Origin: Microthyrium microscopicum
Taxonomy: Eukaryota
Direction of reading: 5' to 3'
Assembly (NCBI GenBank): GCA_010405405.1
Contig: MU004234.1
Coordinates: 1,081,275-1,145,274 of the forward strand
Length of the DNA: 64,000 nucleotides
The position numbers and the translations under genes are program-made. The notes under the pieces are model-generated. The model worked only from the letters and a program-made list of their open reading frames with translations. It did not search any database and had not been told where the DNA came from. This document shows positions 1 through 12,187 of this stretch, one piece after another; the first letter of the stretch is position 1; each line of letters begins with the position of its first letter.

Positions 1-727
1 TGGGCTCAGCAATGAGCATCAACAACACAGCCTGGAAATTGAAGCTCGCCTCAAACAACCGCGGCACCAACAAAGGTGCCTAGTCCTAGAATCATGGCGA
101 AAAGAGCTCTGGCAAATGCACTCGATCAAGAACCTTGGGCAGAAAATAGCTTGGAACCCCATCGTAATCGCTGGCAGTGGCACTCATCGACTGAAGTTCA
201 AAGAAGATGCGATTTTGCGGCTTGCCCACTCTACTCGATGGGCGTCGTCTTGCTCTATACGATTAGCGTAGGTACTTATTAGTCAAAATGTCAATGAATA
301 GGCCATTCAGGCAATGATTAGACAAGAAACAAATTCCCATCGCACGCGCTGGGGCCCATCGACTGATCTGTAGAGAAGATACGTTGTCGCCCATTGCACT
401 TGATGGGCGCCGCGTTGATCTTCGAGTTGACTCAATATGCAATCCGGATGGGAACTTTTAGTCCTCAGGGCTCAACGAGGTCACACTGGCAACTTCCCAT
501 CGCATTCACTGGCAGATATCGACAATTCTATTGCACAATCTGTTGGCATGCGAACGCTGGTAGTTATTTTGGAGTGGGTTGCCTTAGGGCCCTAGTCGCC
601 TGGGGAATGAGTTAGGAAACAAGGCAGCAACTCTCCCTCCTCGACCACCACTGACCAGCATGCACATGCACCTCTCTTCTCTGCTCTCACATTTCCAAAC
701 CGCGATTTGTCGTCAAACTACACTCCC

Positions 728-1900
728 ATGGCTCTATTTCGGAGGGCCAATCCGGCCACATTCATTCTCGCCATCCTTCTTATAGCCGGATTTGGCTATT
801 TCCTCTTTTCAAATCCCGACGCACCCTCCCAATCCAGCCTACGAGGGCTTCACAAGGCGGCGGCCAACGCACTCTCACCACCCTCTCTCCCTTTCCGAAA
901 AGCTTCACCACCAAATGGAGCCAATGTGGCGGCTGCTGCTCCCCCAGTCGTCCATTACTATCTCAACAACCTAACTACGACCACCGATCCAGTCACAAAT
1001 CGGGAAACCGTACTTATCCTCACACCTCTTGCCCGATTCTATCAAGGATATTGGGATAATCTTGCCGCATTAAGTTATCCACACGACCTCATTAGTCTAG
1101 GCTTCGTTATTCCAAAGGGAAGGGACGGTAATGCCGCAAATAGCGCATTACAAGAGCAAATACAGAAGGTGCAACAGGGGCCTCATAAGAAGCGGTTTGC
1201 CAGCATAACAGTACTGCGACAAGATATCGAAAACCCTCTTCAATCACAGTCCGAACACGAACGTCACAAACTCGAGAACCAAAAGGAGCGTCGTGCAGCG
1301 ATGGCCAAAGCGCGTAACAGCCTCCTTTTCACTACAATGGGGCCTACAACGAGCTGGGTTCTATGGCTGGACAGCGATATTGTCGAATCTCCACACTCTT
1401 TGATCCAAGATCTGGCTGCTCACGATAAGCCGATTATCACCGCAAACTGCTACCAGCGCTATTTCGACAAGGACAAGAATGCTATGAGCACTCGCGCTTA
1501 CGACTACAATAACTGGGTCGACAGTCCTACCGCCCAAGAGTTGGCAAAGAAGATGGGCCCCGACGACGTGCTATTCGAAGGTTACGGCAGTATGGCAACC
1601 TATCGAAGCTTGATGGCGTACATGGTCGGCAAAGACGGCAACATGGATCCCAATCGGGAAGTAGAGCTTGACGGAGTAGGTGGAACTGCTTTGCTGGTCA
1701 AAGCTGAAGGTAAGAAAGATCCCAAAGTCCAGGCAAACCTAATACTAATTGTATTTCTAGTACACCGCGATGGGGCCATGTTTCCACCTTTCTCGTTCTA
1801 TCACCTTATTGAAACAGAAGGCTTTGCGAAAATGGCTAGGCGGCTGGGTTGGAAGAGCTACGGATTACCGAATTACTTCGTTTATCACTTCAACGAGTAA
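728..1900 (+). CDS. MNN9: Anp1/Mnn9-family Golgi mannan polymerase subunit (GT62), most like Mnn9; one intron 1710-1760
   Basis: N-terminal type II TM anchor; motifs VLILTPL, ARNSLL, WVLWLDSD (DxD), LDGVGGTALLVKA, YHLIETEGFAKMA. Removing the GT..AG intron at 1710-1760 gives KAEVHRDGAMFPPF. Confidence 0.9.
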   Translation: MALFRRANPATFILAILLIAGFGYFLFSNPDAPSQSSLRGLHKAAANALSPPSLPFRKASPPNGANVAAAAPPVVHYYLNNLTTTTDPVTNRETVLILTPLARFYQGYWDNLAALSYPHDLISLGFVIPKGRDGNAANSALQEQIQKVQQGPHKKRFASITVLRQDIENPLQSQSEHERHKLENQKERRAAMAKARNSLLFTTMGPTTSWVLWLDSDIVESPHSLIQDLAAHDKPIITANCYQRYFDKDKNAMSTRAYDYNNWVDSPTAQELAKKMGPDDVLFEGYGSMATYRSLMAYMVGKDGNMDPNREVELDGVGGTALLVKAEGKKDPKVQANLILIVFLVHRDGAMFPPFSFYHLIETEGFAKMARRLGWKSYGLPNYFVYHFNE

Positions 1901-2430
1901 CTGACACTGGCTTAAAGGATCAATATTGGCATTTTGTATTATATATATTTACAGCGGAAGCATTATATGGGCGTACTGAAAGCGTAACTATGTCAAATTA
2001 TCGGGGAACCACGGCGAATGAGACAGGTTTATGGACTGGTTCACATAGCACTTTTGAATGAATTCAAACTTTATATGAGCCTCACCAATAGAAAGAAAGT
2101 TATGGCGAATTGCCATTCGCTTCGTTGGCTCCCATCTGCTACGTTCTTTTGTCGACCACTTTATTCCCCATCCAATGTCAAAAAAGTCGTGAAATATCGA
2201 GTATGATGGGGAATAGCGCATGTATTCTTTCAAGAAGTGCGGTGGTCGCCATTACTCTGGATGGCAGCATGCCACCTATTCCTGTTAACCGGTTAAGCTT
2301 CCACAATCAGCAGGATTTCAATTACGGATATGCAACTTTGAGAGATGGAAAGGGGTATCATATGTAAATCCGAAGCTTCAAGCACCAAACACGGCTCAAC
2401 CTATCTCTAACAGCAGTAGATCTCGTAATT

Positions 2431-3457
2431 TCATGATCGCTGCATGCCCACACCGCCAATGCGAATGCCTCCTCCACTCGCCGGTTCATCATCCTCACTA
2501 CTCGCATCACTATCAATCTCCTCTTCCACGGGCACACCACAAACGCCCCTCAGCACTCTATTCTCCGCCTTCAACCCCGCAACTCTCCTTACGAACTGGC
2601 GCTCCCTCGTCTTCTCCTCCTTATCAGCGTCTCGTACCCAACCCAGCACGCGCTGCAGACCTTCTTGCTGTCTTGACATTTCGAGGCGTAGATCGAGGTT
2701 CTGTGAGCGCTCTGATTCAAGAAGGCCTAAATAGTGTGCTTTCTGTGCGTCGAGAGCTTGTGTGTGAGCGGTGGCGTAGGGCCGCAACTTGGAGAGGAGA
2801 GTGGAGAGGGCGGTTTCGTGGGATGACAAGAGCGATGAGAGTGTGGTATGGGAGGTCGCGAGGGACGTGAGATTTGTGTTGGATGTTGATAGTTGGGCGC
2901 GTAGACTGGCGATCTCGGAGAGGTAGGCTTGTTCTTTTGCGGTTGATGGGGATGGTGGTGGAGGAGTAGACGATGCTGTAACGCCTGTGATTTGCAAAGT
3001 TAGTTATAAGAGACGGGAGGATATGGGAAGAGATATTACCATTTGTAGTCGGGGCCGGCTCTAGATGTTCAGAATTGCCAGTTTCCGTGCCGCGAGCTTG
3101 TATCATTTGCACACGCTGCAACACGCCAGCAGTCTGCTCGCGAATGCCCTGTTGTACTTCGGCGATGTTGTTGATGAGCTCCCAAAGAACCTGCATATCC
3201 ATTTGATCGCCTGTACTCGGCCACTGAGGCCGGTTGTTCAACAGCCCATTGGCAGCGGCCGCAGCTGCAGTCATACTATTAGGATTGATACCGTTGGTGT
3301 TTGGCTGGCCGATGCCTAGATTGCCGAGCGAGTACGGGGATATCCCGTTGAGGCCGTTTGTATTAGGAGGTTGAGGTGCCGAAGGAGGGAATTGGACACG
3401 CAGGTTGTTTGGGTCGGACTGCCCAGAGGGATTGTTTCCGGTATTTGAGGAATTCAT
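2431..3457 (-). CDS. Hypothetical fungal coiled-coil protein; intron 2985-3039
   Basis: ATG at 3457 (MNSSNTGNN). Donor GTAATA at 3039, CTAAC branch and CAG acceptor at 2985 join ORF 2717-3715 in frame to ORF 2431-2997. Heptad-rich C-terminal half. Confidence 0.7.
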
Positions 3458-4111
3458 GATTGCCGGACTGGGAGGCGGAGAGGGACCGATTTGGCGGTGG
3501 AGCGGCGAGGAGAAAGCGGTCGCGGAGGAGGTTGCAGATGCAGGCGCAAAGGGGATAAAGTTGGCAGTGGAAGTAGGATTTAAAGCGGCAAATGCACTGA
3601 TGCAGATAGGCTGTTGGCGGTCGATTGGCACGAGTGGAAGGCGTTGCTGCAGCCAAGGACGTAAATAATCGAGCCTACCGCTGCGTGCAGACAGGCTAGA
3701 GTATGTAGAATACAAAACTTCAGAAGTTAGGTCAGAAAGCAGGTTTGCAGATGGAATGGATGTTTAGGAATTCGTGGATATTGATGGTGAAGTATTGCTG
3801 TGATGTTGGGTTATTGGCCAAGATCAAACGTAGCTCAAGAGGCGCGCGGCTATGGGTGCTTGCTCTTTCTTTTTGGTCGTGATAGAAATAGCCGCGTCTT
3901 TGGTGTTGAGGTGATATTTTCAAATTTTCTATCACTTCTGCATATATTCAGTTTGAGTTGACTGCTTCAGAGAAATAAAATGTATTTTGAACTTTCCAGT
4001 CAGATCTAGATGGCAGATATGTAGGTTCATTGCATTCATCAAATCATACATCATTCATCGTATTTGATACTGCTAAGTACATAGCTCGTCGCATTGCGGC
4101 ATTGACATGCC

Positions 4112-7033
4112 TTATGGAACATACTTCTCTTCATCCAGCATTGTCTTTTCCTTCCAGCATTCCAATACCCAGATCATATCCACAACACGCGGCACCTGCC
4201 GTCGAGAAGACATTTCGCTCCGTATCTCTTTCAATCGCGAGGCTTGCGAATTCGCTCCAACGATAACATGTGTGATAGACTTGTCACCAAGAGAATTGGC
4301 GATAGTCCCGTTGCCGAATTGAACCACCTGCTGCGCAAATTGAGCGTCCAGATTGTCATCTTCAGGAGCGTCAAAGTAGACTACCGTGCGTCGAAACATG
4401 GATCCGGGAGACTCGTCGAGGTCGATGCCATGTGACTCAAGCTGAGCGTAAAAGTCAAAGCTGGCCGATGGATCAATATCAGCCATGGACTCGCACAGCT
4501 TTGCCAAAGACTGAACTGTTAGGTCGCGAGTGTAACTATCTCCAAACTCATCAACATTAGCTGCAATCATCTCGACATCATCCTCCACTGTGTGGAACAT
4601 GTGGCATGGCTCGTAAGGTAAGACGAACTTCGATCGGCCAGCTTCGGAATCAATCTGATGCTGCTCAACACAGTCTAGCAGCCATTGAGCACGAACGATA
4701 TTATGCTTGCCCCCTTTGATGATAGAGGCAGCTTTAAGAATGCGGGAATCGCCAATGCAAATGACATTCTCAACGGTGTGAGTTTGCACGATGTTGCCCC
4801 CATTCGACTTGACCAGGGCCTCTAGATCCGCTTTTGATTTCTTCAATTTGTTAGTACCCGGAAGGACAAAGAAAGTAAGGCCTTTGAAGATCTCAGTGTC
4901 AGGTCCGGCATACTGATTAGCGACTTCATTGCCAGCAATCTCAAGTGGCTTCTTGCGTCGTTTCGGAGCTGCACGTTTGGTTTTGCGTGTTGTGTCAAGC
5001 TCAAATTTGTTGTCTTCATGTTTCTGCTCGACCTCATTCTTAAGCTGAAAGAAGTCTTTCACAGACAGCGCAGTATCCCAGTCTCTGTCCTTGCGAATCG
5101 ACTTAAAGCGAGGAAACCGCAGCGTATAGCCAGTCCGGAATTGATCGGTGTTGCTAACTGAAGCGGCTTTGACTGCTACCACAATTGAGTCTTCAGGTTT
5201 GATCCACTGGTCAGGCTTTTCAAACTGACGGCCCTTGCCAGCTAGCTCAATGTACTCATCCGGGGGCTTCTGGGCGTTCCAGTCTTTCCATTTGCCATCA
5301 GTCATGTGGTAGATCTCAGCATAGTCACCAGCTGCCATTCCACCACCAACCTTGAAGAAGGACCAGCATTTCTTTGAATTTTCATCCACTTTCAGTCCAC
5401 AAAGGAAGCTTGACAGTCGGCCACCGCGTGATCCAGATCCAAAATAACCTCCGATAATCAAGCAGTCAAGGTCTTCCCCGTACTCTGACATATATTCAGG
5501 TTTCACTTTGATCCAGTCCTCGGTGCGCTCGTGTTTATACATGGAGCGCGGGTTCTTTACAACAAGACCTTCCGAGGCTTCTGCGACTACCTGGCTAAGG
5601 CGAGCTTTGATATCATCAACTGTTCTTCCTTCTGTGTAGCTATGGATCTCCATGCGCCGATGAACGGGCTGAATGCTAGCTTCCAGCGCTTTTCGGCGAT
5701 CCCGAAGCGTATAGCGAGTGAGCGGTTTGTCATTGACGTAAAGGCAGTCGAAGACTCGAAAAAGAGGTCGTCGCCCAGAATCAGAGAATGGATTTTTCTG
5801 TTCTGATATAGCAGCAGTCTTGAGGGTGCCAAAAGCTACGATTGCGTCAAGTGACATGTCCCAAGTGACCATCTCTCCATCTAAGATGATGTTTCGAATG
5901 CTTGGGTGGAATGCTTTGGTAAGATGGCGGGTGAGAGCTGCATTGTCGTCATCGAAACCACTTCCATATAGATAGGTATAGTCCTTGGCTTTGCGAGACC
6001 AAAAGCTAAAGCGAACTTTACCAGAGTCTTCTCTCGCCATGTGAAGCTGCATGCGCTCTCCATCCAGCTTCTCTTCGATCCAGAAGACATCATCGTCTGG
6101 ATCCGGCTTCATTTTTTCCACAAGCTTCTGAAACGAGGATAGAGTAAACCCGGCGAGCTCGGGTTGAAAGCATGACATGAGGGCAATCTGTGATTGATCG
6201 CCATGAAGTGACAGTTCTGGATCGTACAGTTCCCAGCAAACGCGACGCAAACTGGACGACACATTGAAAAGACTCTCGGCATCTTTGTGCCAGACGTCGA
6301 GCAGAGTTTTCTCCGTGGCTCCAATCTTCATTTGCCGTAATATCATTCTAATGAGCCACATGAGCTCTTCAGGGTTCATCTTGCGGTAGAAATCTTCAAA
6401 CACGTGAAGTTGTTCTTCCTCTTTGGACATGAGTGACAGTTCATCCAACATGGCGTTGACTTGACCCACAGTCAAATCGCCAGCTTTCGATCGAATTGGT
6501 CGCTTTGTAAGAACTTCGAAGCAACGTGCGGCAAAGTCACCGGCGGATGCACTGACTCGATGACCTGGTAGCTTCCAGTTGAGTAGAGCAAGAGCATCTT
6601 CTGACTTTTTGTCAATTCCAATCACACGAACAATTAATTTGGCGATGGTCTTCTCTTTCAGCCCATACATAGCCCGATCTCGATCCTTTTCAGGGATAAT
6701 GAGCCGCAAGGCTGGATAGAAGTCATTGCCAACTTTCTGACGCCAGCGAGAAATGAAGCGTTCGATAATGGAATGTCGAATCTCGTTTGGGGTCATATGG
6801 GCTGGACCAGTTTTGCGTCGTGGGGCTGCAGCTCCAGGTGGTTTCTTGCGGTTAGCCAGTAGTGGATTGAATAAGGTCGTGAGTAGCTCGTGAAATGGAA
6901 GTGTTTTTGAGTGATTATGTGGTCGATTTGGGTACTTCTCATCAAGCTCTTGTTCCGTGACTCCGCCATGATTGTATTGAAGTTTTTCTTCCTCAATGGC
7001 ATCCGCATCCCGCATTTCTGTGTCGGGAGCCAT
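4112..7033 (-). CDS. LIG4: DNA ligase IV (NHEJ ATP-dependent ligase)
   Basis: 973 aa ORF with adenylation motif EEKLDGER, ILDGEM, EGLVVK, WIKVKPEY, TLRFPRF and two C-terminal BRCT-like domains. A short terminal intron cannot be excluded. Confidence 0.95.
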   Translation of the reverse strand: MAPDTEMRDADAIEEEKLQYNHGGVTEQELDEKYPNRPHNHSKTLPFHELLTTLFNPLLANRKKPPGAAAPRRKTGPAHMTPNEIRHSIIERFISRWRQKVGNDFYPALRLIIPEKDRDRAMYGLKEKTIAKLIVRVIGIDKKSEDALALLNWKLPGHRVSASAGDFAARCFEVLTKRPIRSKAGDLTVGQVNAMLDELSLMSKEEEQLHVFEDFYRKMNPEELMWLIRMILRQMKIGATEKTLLDVWHKDAESLFNVSSSLRRVCWELYDPELSLHGDQSQIALMSCFQPELAGFTLSSFQKLVEKMKPDPDDDVFWIEEKLDGERMQLHMAREDSGKVRFSFWSRKAKDYTYLYGSGFDDDNAALTRHLTKAFHPSIRNIILDGEMVTWDMSLDAIVAFGTLKTAAISEQKNPFSDSGRRPLFRVFDCLYVNDKPLTRYTLRDRRKALEASIQPVHRRMEIHSYTEGRTVDDIKARLSQVVAEASEGLVVKNPRSMYKHERTEDWIKVKPEYMSEYGEDLDCLIIGGYFGSGSRGGRLSSFLCGLKVDENSKKCWSFFKVGGGMAAGDYAEIYHMTDGKWKDWNAQKPPDEYIELAGKGRQFEKPDQWIKPEDSIVVAVKAASVSNTDQFRTGYTLRFPRFKSIRKDRDWDTALSVKDFFQLKNEVEQKHEDNKFELDTTRKTKRAAPKRRKKPLEIAGNEVANQYAGPDTEIFKGLTFFVLPGTNKLKKSKADLEALVKSNGGNIVQTHTVENVICIGDSRILKAASIIKGGKHNIVRAQWLLDCVEQHQIDSEAGRSKFVLPYEPCHMFHTVEDDVEMIAANVDEFGDSYTRDLTVQSLAKLCESMADIDPSASFDFYAQLESHGIDLDESPGSMFRRTVVYFDAPEDDNLDAQFAQQVVQFGNGTIANSLGDKSITHVIVGANSQASRLKEIRSEMSSRRQVPRVVDMIWVLECWKEKTMLDEEKYVP

Positions 7034-7895
7034 GATGGTATTCTTGAGGACTAAAGAGAGGGAAGTGTCTACGGCTAGTTTTGGATTGAGCGGGCATCAC
7101 GGCAGGCTGCCATAAGAGGCTTCTCTGAAATATTGCCCAGGTGACGTGGAATCGCTGAAATGAAATTGATGTCGAAGCCTTGAGGTGAACTAACGCGATG
7201 AACGCGACTTCTGCCTAAACACGTTGGCGCGCTCTCACATGACCCTCATCTTCGAAATTTTCTTGCCGACATGTCAACTTCTTCAAGCTGTTCAAGAACT
7301 TCAAGCTATGTACATCAAGATCTTTCGCTCAAGTTCTGAAATGATCAGAGTCAAATCGTTTTCTTTAGCCACACACGCTGACTACCTAGTCAGATGAATG
7401 CATGTGGTACGTGGCCACCAACGGCGATGGTTACCACCTACGCCAGTAAGGAACAGATGCTGTCTCTCCCATCACATTCGTTCGGACGTTAGCATTTTGT
7501 CATAGTCATTGGAAAATAACACATTCGATGATAGATTGGAGCATATGGGAGCCTGCGAGGCTGATGGGAGTGCGCCATCTATTTTCCCAGTCCGTTATTG
7601 TCGGTTTTGAAGTCAGGCGCTGAGAATGGTCGCACGATCCTAAGCGCCGTCCCTGGGCCTCAGTACTACTATGTAGTATGTATAAAAGGGGGGAATTCGA
7701 AGTAGGCTGTGCATTGTTCGATCCCATCATGTCTCAAGTCCGGTTTTTTCCAGAACTTGAATCCACAAGGCGACGAATAACGACCGAAGACTGGCGCTAA
7801 GCCTCCCTGCACTGGAATGTATAGTAACAGAGCCTTAGACCTCAAGCCAAAAACCTGCGTAGGATAGCAACTCTTAATTCTGGTTCCTCAACGCT

Positions 7896-9612
7896 ATGGA
7901 CGGTACTAATCTTTCACTAGACCTATATCCCGAGCGGATAGTACGATTATGGCTTCATCGACACCAGTTGCAGCGCTTTCTTGTCGGATTTGGCACTGTG
8001 AACCATATGATTCTGGAGACTTGGTGCTTGCTCATAGGCTTGCTCATGTTACCGGATGCCGGTCGACCACAAAAGCAGATGACGATACGAATTTTCTGGT
8101 ATGAAGGCGCCCTCTGGGTTGTGACAAGCCTTTTATTTCGACGGCTTGATCGCTTCTTCTGCTTGCGTCGCCCGGGAAAGTCTTATCAGGTTGCAGTCTA
8201 TGCTATTGTTTATGCCGCTCCGGTGCCACTGATCGTTATGCATATCTGGACTATAGTGCTTGGGGCTTCATACGACAGGAAGTATAGTGGAAGGCTCTCG
8301 TTCCAAGTCAGCCTCTGGTCCGCGGTACTGGCCTTTGTGACGCTGCTTCCGATCCACGGTTTCTACTTTCGAATGGCAAGACGATTCCTGCTCGCAGACA
8401 ATGACAACCACTATGAACCGACAAGTGCAAAACGCAAGTACTTCGACAATCCCAGCCCGACTGCGGAAACAACCCGGCTATCACCCCCGTCAGAAAATAC
8501 CTCATTGTCAAGTCAAACATCATCAGCAGACAGCCAGAGCTATCTCCAGACCGCATGGACACAATCTCTCATACTAAGACAACGTCCTCGACGGAGAGAA
8601 TCGCAAAGTCTTCCAGAATCGCAAACTTCTGCTACAATGAGCGAAACCACCACCAGCACTGCAAGTATGGCAGAACCGAGTTCAGCCATTACGACAGCCG
8701 AATCTGCCAGATGTTGCCCGGCCACAGGATATGTTGATGTCATGCCTAATGTACTGAGGGGGTTTGCAGCTTGGTTACGTTGTCGATTATTCTATTGCCC
8801 CTTAGCATTGTACATAACTTTTCTCACCTTGCAACTATTCGACATCACTCGAGCAAAGCTAAGGTTGCCCGAAATCCACTACGAGTGAGTACTTCGCTTC
8901 CAAAATGGGATGAAGAATTTGCCAACTGACCGGCTCTACTGTTAGACATCCCTATCGACCTTTATACCTCTGCTTGAGTGGAAACGCTCTTTGGGCATAT
9001 TCCGCAAGCGATTTAGTTATCCTACGACGGTCGATGTTCGCTAAACGAGAACCACAGATACCAGCAGGTATAATCGAAATAAAGAAATCATTGAGGACTA
9101 CCAAATATTTCGATTCATATACAGGCGCACCAGTTCATGTAGATTCTACTGAAAATGTGTCCGACGGGCAGAGGGTACATCCAGCTCAGCTTAAAAGTCT
9201 CAGAGTAGGAGAACCCCCACTGGATTCCTGCCACAGCCACCTTGGTCACCTGGGTAAGGGGTTTATTGCCTCGCGACGGTACCAACACATTTTAGGGTGC
9301 ATCTGTTTCCTCCTCTTGATATTTGTCTATTACCACAAAGGCGAGAGTTTTCTTACGGCAGACCTCAACGGTGATATCCCAAGCGGTTTGCCATTGGAAG
9401 AACTGAACGACTTGATCAACAAGAAACTTAAGATTACAAGTGCCACAGCAAGGTTCATCTTGTACAACGGTCCAGTTCGCCTGCTAATTACTTGTTATGT
9501 CATTCAAGTCATTGGTGAGTTGGTCCGTCAACAGGTTGTCTCACTTAAAAGTATTTCTGGTGGAGCAGGAGATCAGGTGTACGATGCTTTGGAAGATACT
9601 GGGCCATCGTAA
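7896..9612 (+). CDS. Orphan multi-pass membrane protein (~551 aa); intron 8885-8945
   Basis: GTGAGT donor at 8885, CTGAC branch and TAG at 8945 join ORFs 7896-8888 and 8974-9612 in frame (..HYE-HPYRPLYLCLSGN..). Several hydrophobic helices and an S/T-rich linker; no family recognised. Confidence 0.6.
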
Positions 9613-9698
9613 AGTTCTGCCTTGGAAATATAGGATCAAACCCCACAGGGAAATAAAAACTCTTGCTTGTCTTGTAGGTAGGTACTTAATGTATGTCT

Positions 9699-12187
9699 TC
9701 ATACCAGCAAGAGGTCCGTCTGCTGGGCAGCCTTGAACCTGTCAACCACAGATTCCTCGAATATCCTTCCAACTCCAATTCTTTCATAAACACCTACATC
9801 ATCTGTCTTTTCCTTGACGAAAATCAAATCAAAGACAGGAAGAGATCGAGTAAATCCCCAGCCAATCTTGAAGTATCTTGTCGAGACGTGCAGGGCCATT
9901 ACTTCGAAACCATAGTCATCGCAGACACCGTTTGTTCTCTGCAGCCGCTCCATAGCCGCCCAGCCAATTATTCTATCATCGTCAAAATTGTCATGAATGG
10001 CTCTCCATTGTCCTACATGTGGAGTGCCAATGTAACGTGTTGCTGAAGCCACTGCATCAATATCCTCGGGTCTTTGGAGATAGCCGCGAATCCATACTGG
10101 CAACATGACGCCCTCAATATGAAGACAAGCCAACGCATTTCCCACGTCGAAAAGCCTAGTCTCCGAGGTTATGTTGGTGACCTTGTTGTCCACACATGCC
10201 AGTTCTGGGTCATGCTTTCCAGTCTGTTTTTGAAGGCAAATTCCGTTGATGACCATCTCATGCCGAGCGTCCAGCTCTAACTTTGGAAACTTGACTGGAG
10301 CCATGTACGAAGCCCATGACCACGACGGTGCTTTCTGGGCATATGTGACGGCGTCAGGGCTAAGAGCATTGGCAGAACTCTCAGTATGAACAGATGCAGA
10401 AGAACCAATAATTCTTCGACTGGCACGGATTCCTCGACTATCTTCAGATGTAGAAGCACTTTCAGTACTTGTGCTCACATCTTTCTCAGGAGAGAGAGCT
10501 TCCCAGAGCAGCCCTCGATGAAGAGTCTGCAGCCAAAGCCCCGCTATATATACGATCTGACTGACATCTCTCAAATCCTGTTGAGTTGCAATGATGTTTG
10601 CTACTTCAACTGCCAAACCAGCAACAGCTGGAATACGGTCAGAAAGCCTGGTGATACCAAAAGTAGAGTTAACCTCGATGACATCGTACCAAAAATCCAG
10701 GATAGAATCATTTGTCCAGTGTAGACGCTGCTTTAGGTCAAAAAGGTAATGAAGCTCGTGCTGGCCAGTGGCATGACCGATTTCATCCCCAGCTGGTGTT
10801 CTAGGCCTTTTCGAGTGGCATTCAAAAAACATGCCGTCCGGAGTATACCACAGGAATCTCTTACTCAAAATCCATTCTTGCAGGATCCAGGCTCGATTAA
10901 AGACTTCGGTAGATCGCACATTCTCAAGGTAGTCGTCGATGAGTCTTTGTCTTCTTTTGTATATATAAAAATGGTCCTCTGTTTCATCTGGTGACTCATC
11001 ACTGCGGTAATCTAGCTGGACGGGCGGAGTACTCCAAGGAAACGTGCTTTCTTTGTGGCTGCACAAGATTCCAGTCGTCAGATAGGTTGTCGCGGTAGTA
11101 GCAATAGTCAACAAAGAGTGCTGGTAGTATTGTGCCATTCTTGATTTCTGCAGATTAAAATCGGCGCCATGATCTCCCGCCTGGATGATGCACAAGGAGT
11201 CGATCCAGACATGTCTAACACCAAGCTTCGCCGCGATGTGAAATGCATCCTGAAAGTGCTGTGGCAGACCATCAAAAGCTTGTCCTTTCTCTCGAGCTTT
11301 GATATTGTTCGTGGTCGTCTTGCATGCACTAATCCAGTTTTTATCCCATCTGTGAGTCAACGTAATGTACGGGAGCTTCATATCTGCGGTTTCTACTAGC
11401 GCGATGAGTTCGCCTTTGGAGTTGACCTTGAGGCAGCGCATTGGCATGATCGGGGAAGCACGTTGCAATTCTTCTACCCCCGAGGCTGTCATTTTACACT
11501 TCTCATGATCATCGACAGAGGCCTGGTATGGAGCTGAGTCTATGGGCCCAGCGCATTCATCGAGCCACTCTCTTATCGTTTTCCAGTATGCTTCATCGTC
11601 TGGATGTGGTCCCAGATATCGGCCACTAATGAAGTGATCAGCTGCCGCCTTACTATCTATGAAGCCAATCAGCTCTGATGTTACTTCTAGTATTGCGGGC
11701 ACAACTTACCTGAGTCTGTGGCAATACAAAGCTCAACTTCAGAATGACTTCTGACCTCGTCAAACCTGCCACTGATTGCTGTCTGCATGCGGTTGAAATT
11801 GAACGAAGTAGACTTTGTTCCGATAGGTTTCCCATGGTTCCTAGAAAGTGTCATATGTATGTACAGTTCCGGCTTAGCCGATCTCAACCTTCCAAAAGTC
11901 GAGATATAAAATGGGTCTGGCGCGTCCAGACCTTGGATACTATCCAGCAATAGAATGCAGAATCGACATCCCAAGGCTGCTGACTCCTCCACGTCGGTCT
12001 TTTTGTATCCTCGGCACCAGTCTGGCGTTCTGACGAACGACTGGATGTCGAAGTCGGAGCATCGTTTGCAGAGGGGCCTATCACCTGTTGCTGTTTCCTC
12101 ATCTTCTGCAGGTAATTCAGGAAGGTGAATGTCATCGATCAAGTCACCATGTCCTCGGCGATGAGCTGATCTTCTGGAAGTAGCCAT
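9699..12187 (-). CDS. Heterokaryon incompatibility (HET-domain) protein; intron 11657-11709
   Basis: HET blocks YITLTHRW, LPQHFQDAFHIAAKLGVRHVWIDSLCIIQ and MAQYYQHSLLTIA, plus RAWILQE, YIAGLW, APSWSWAS, YERIGVG; N-terminal LCKRC..GCRFC. GTAAGT..TAG intron joins the two ORFs in frame. Confidence 0.93.
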
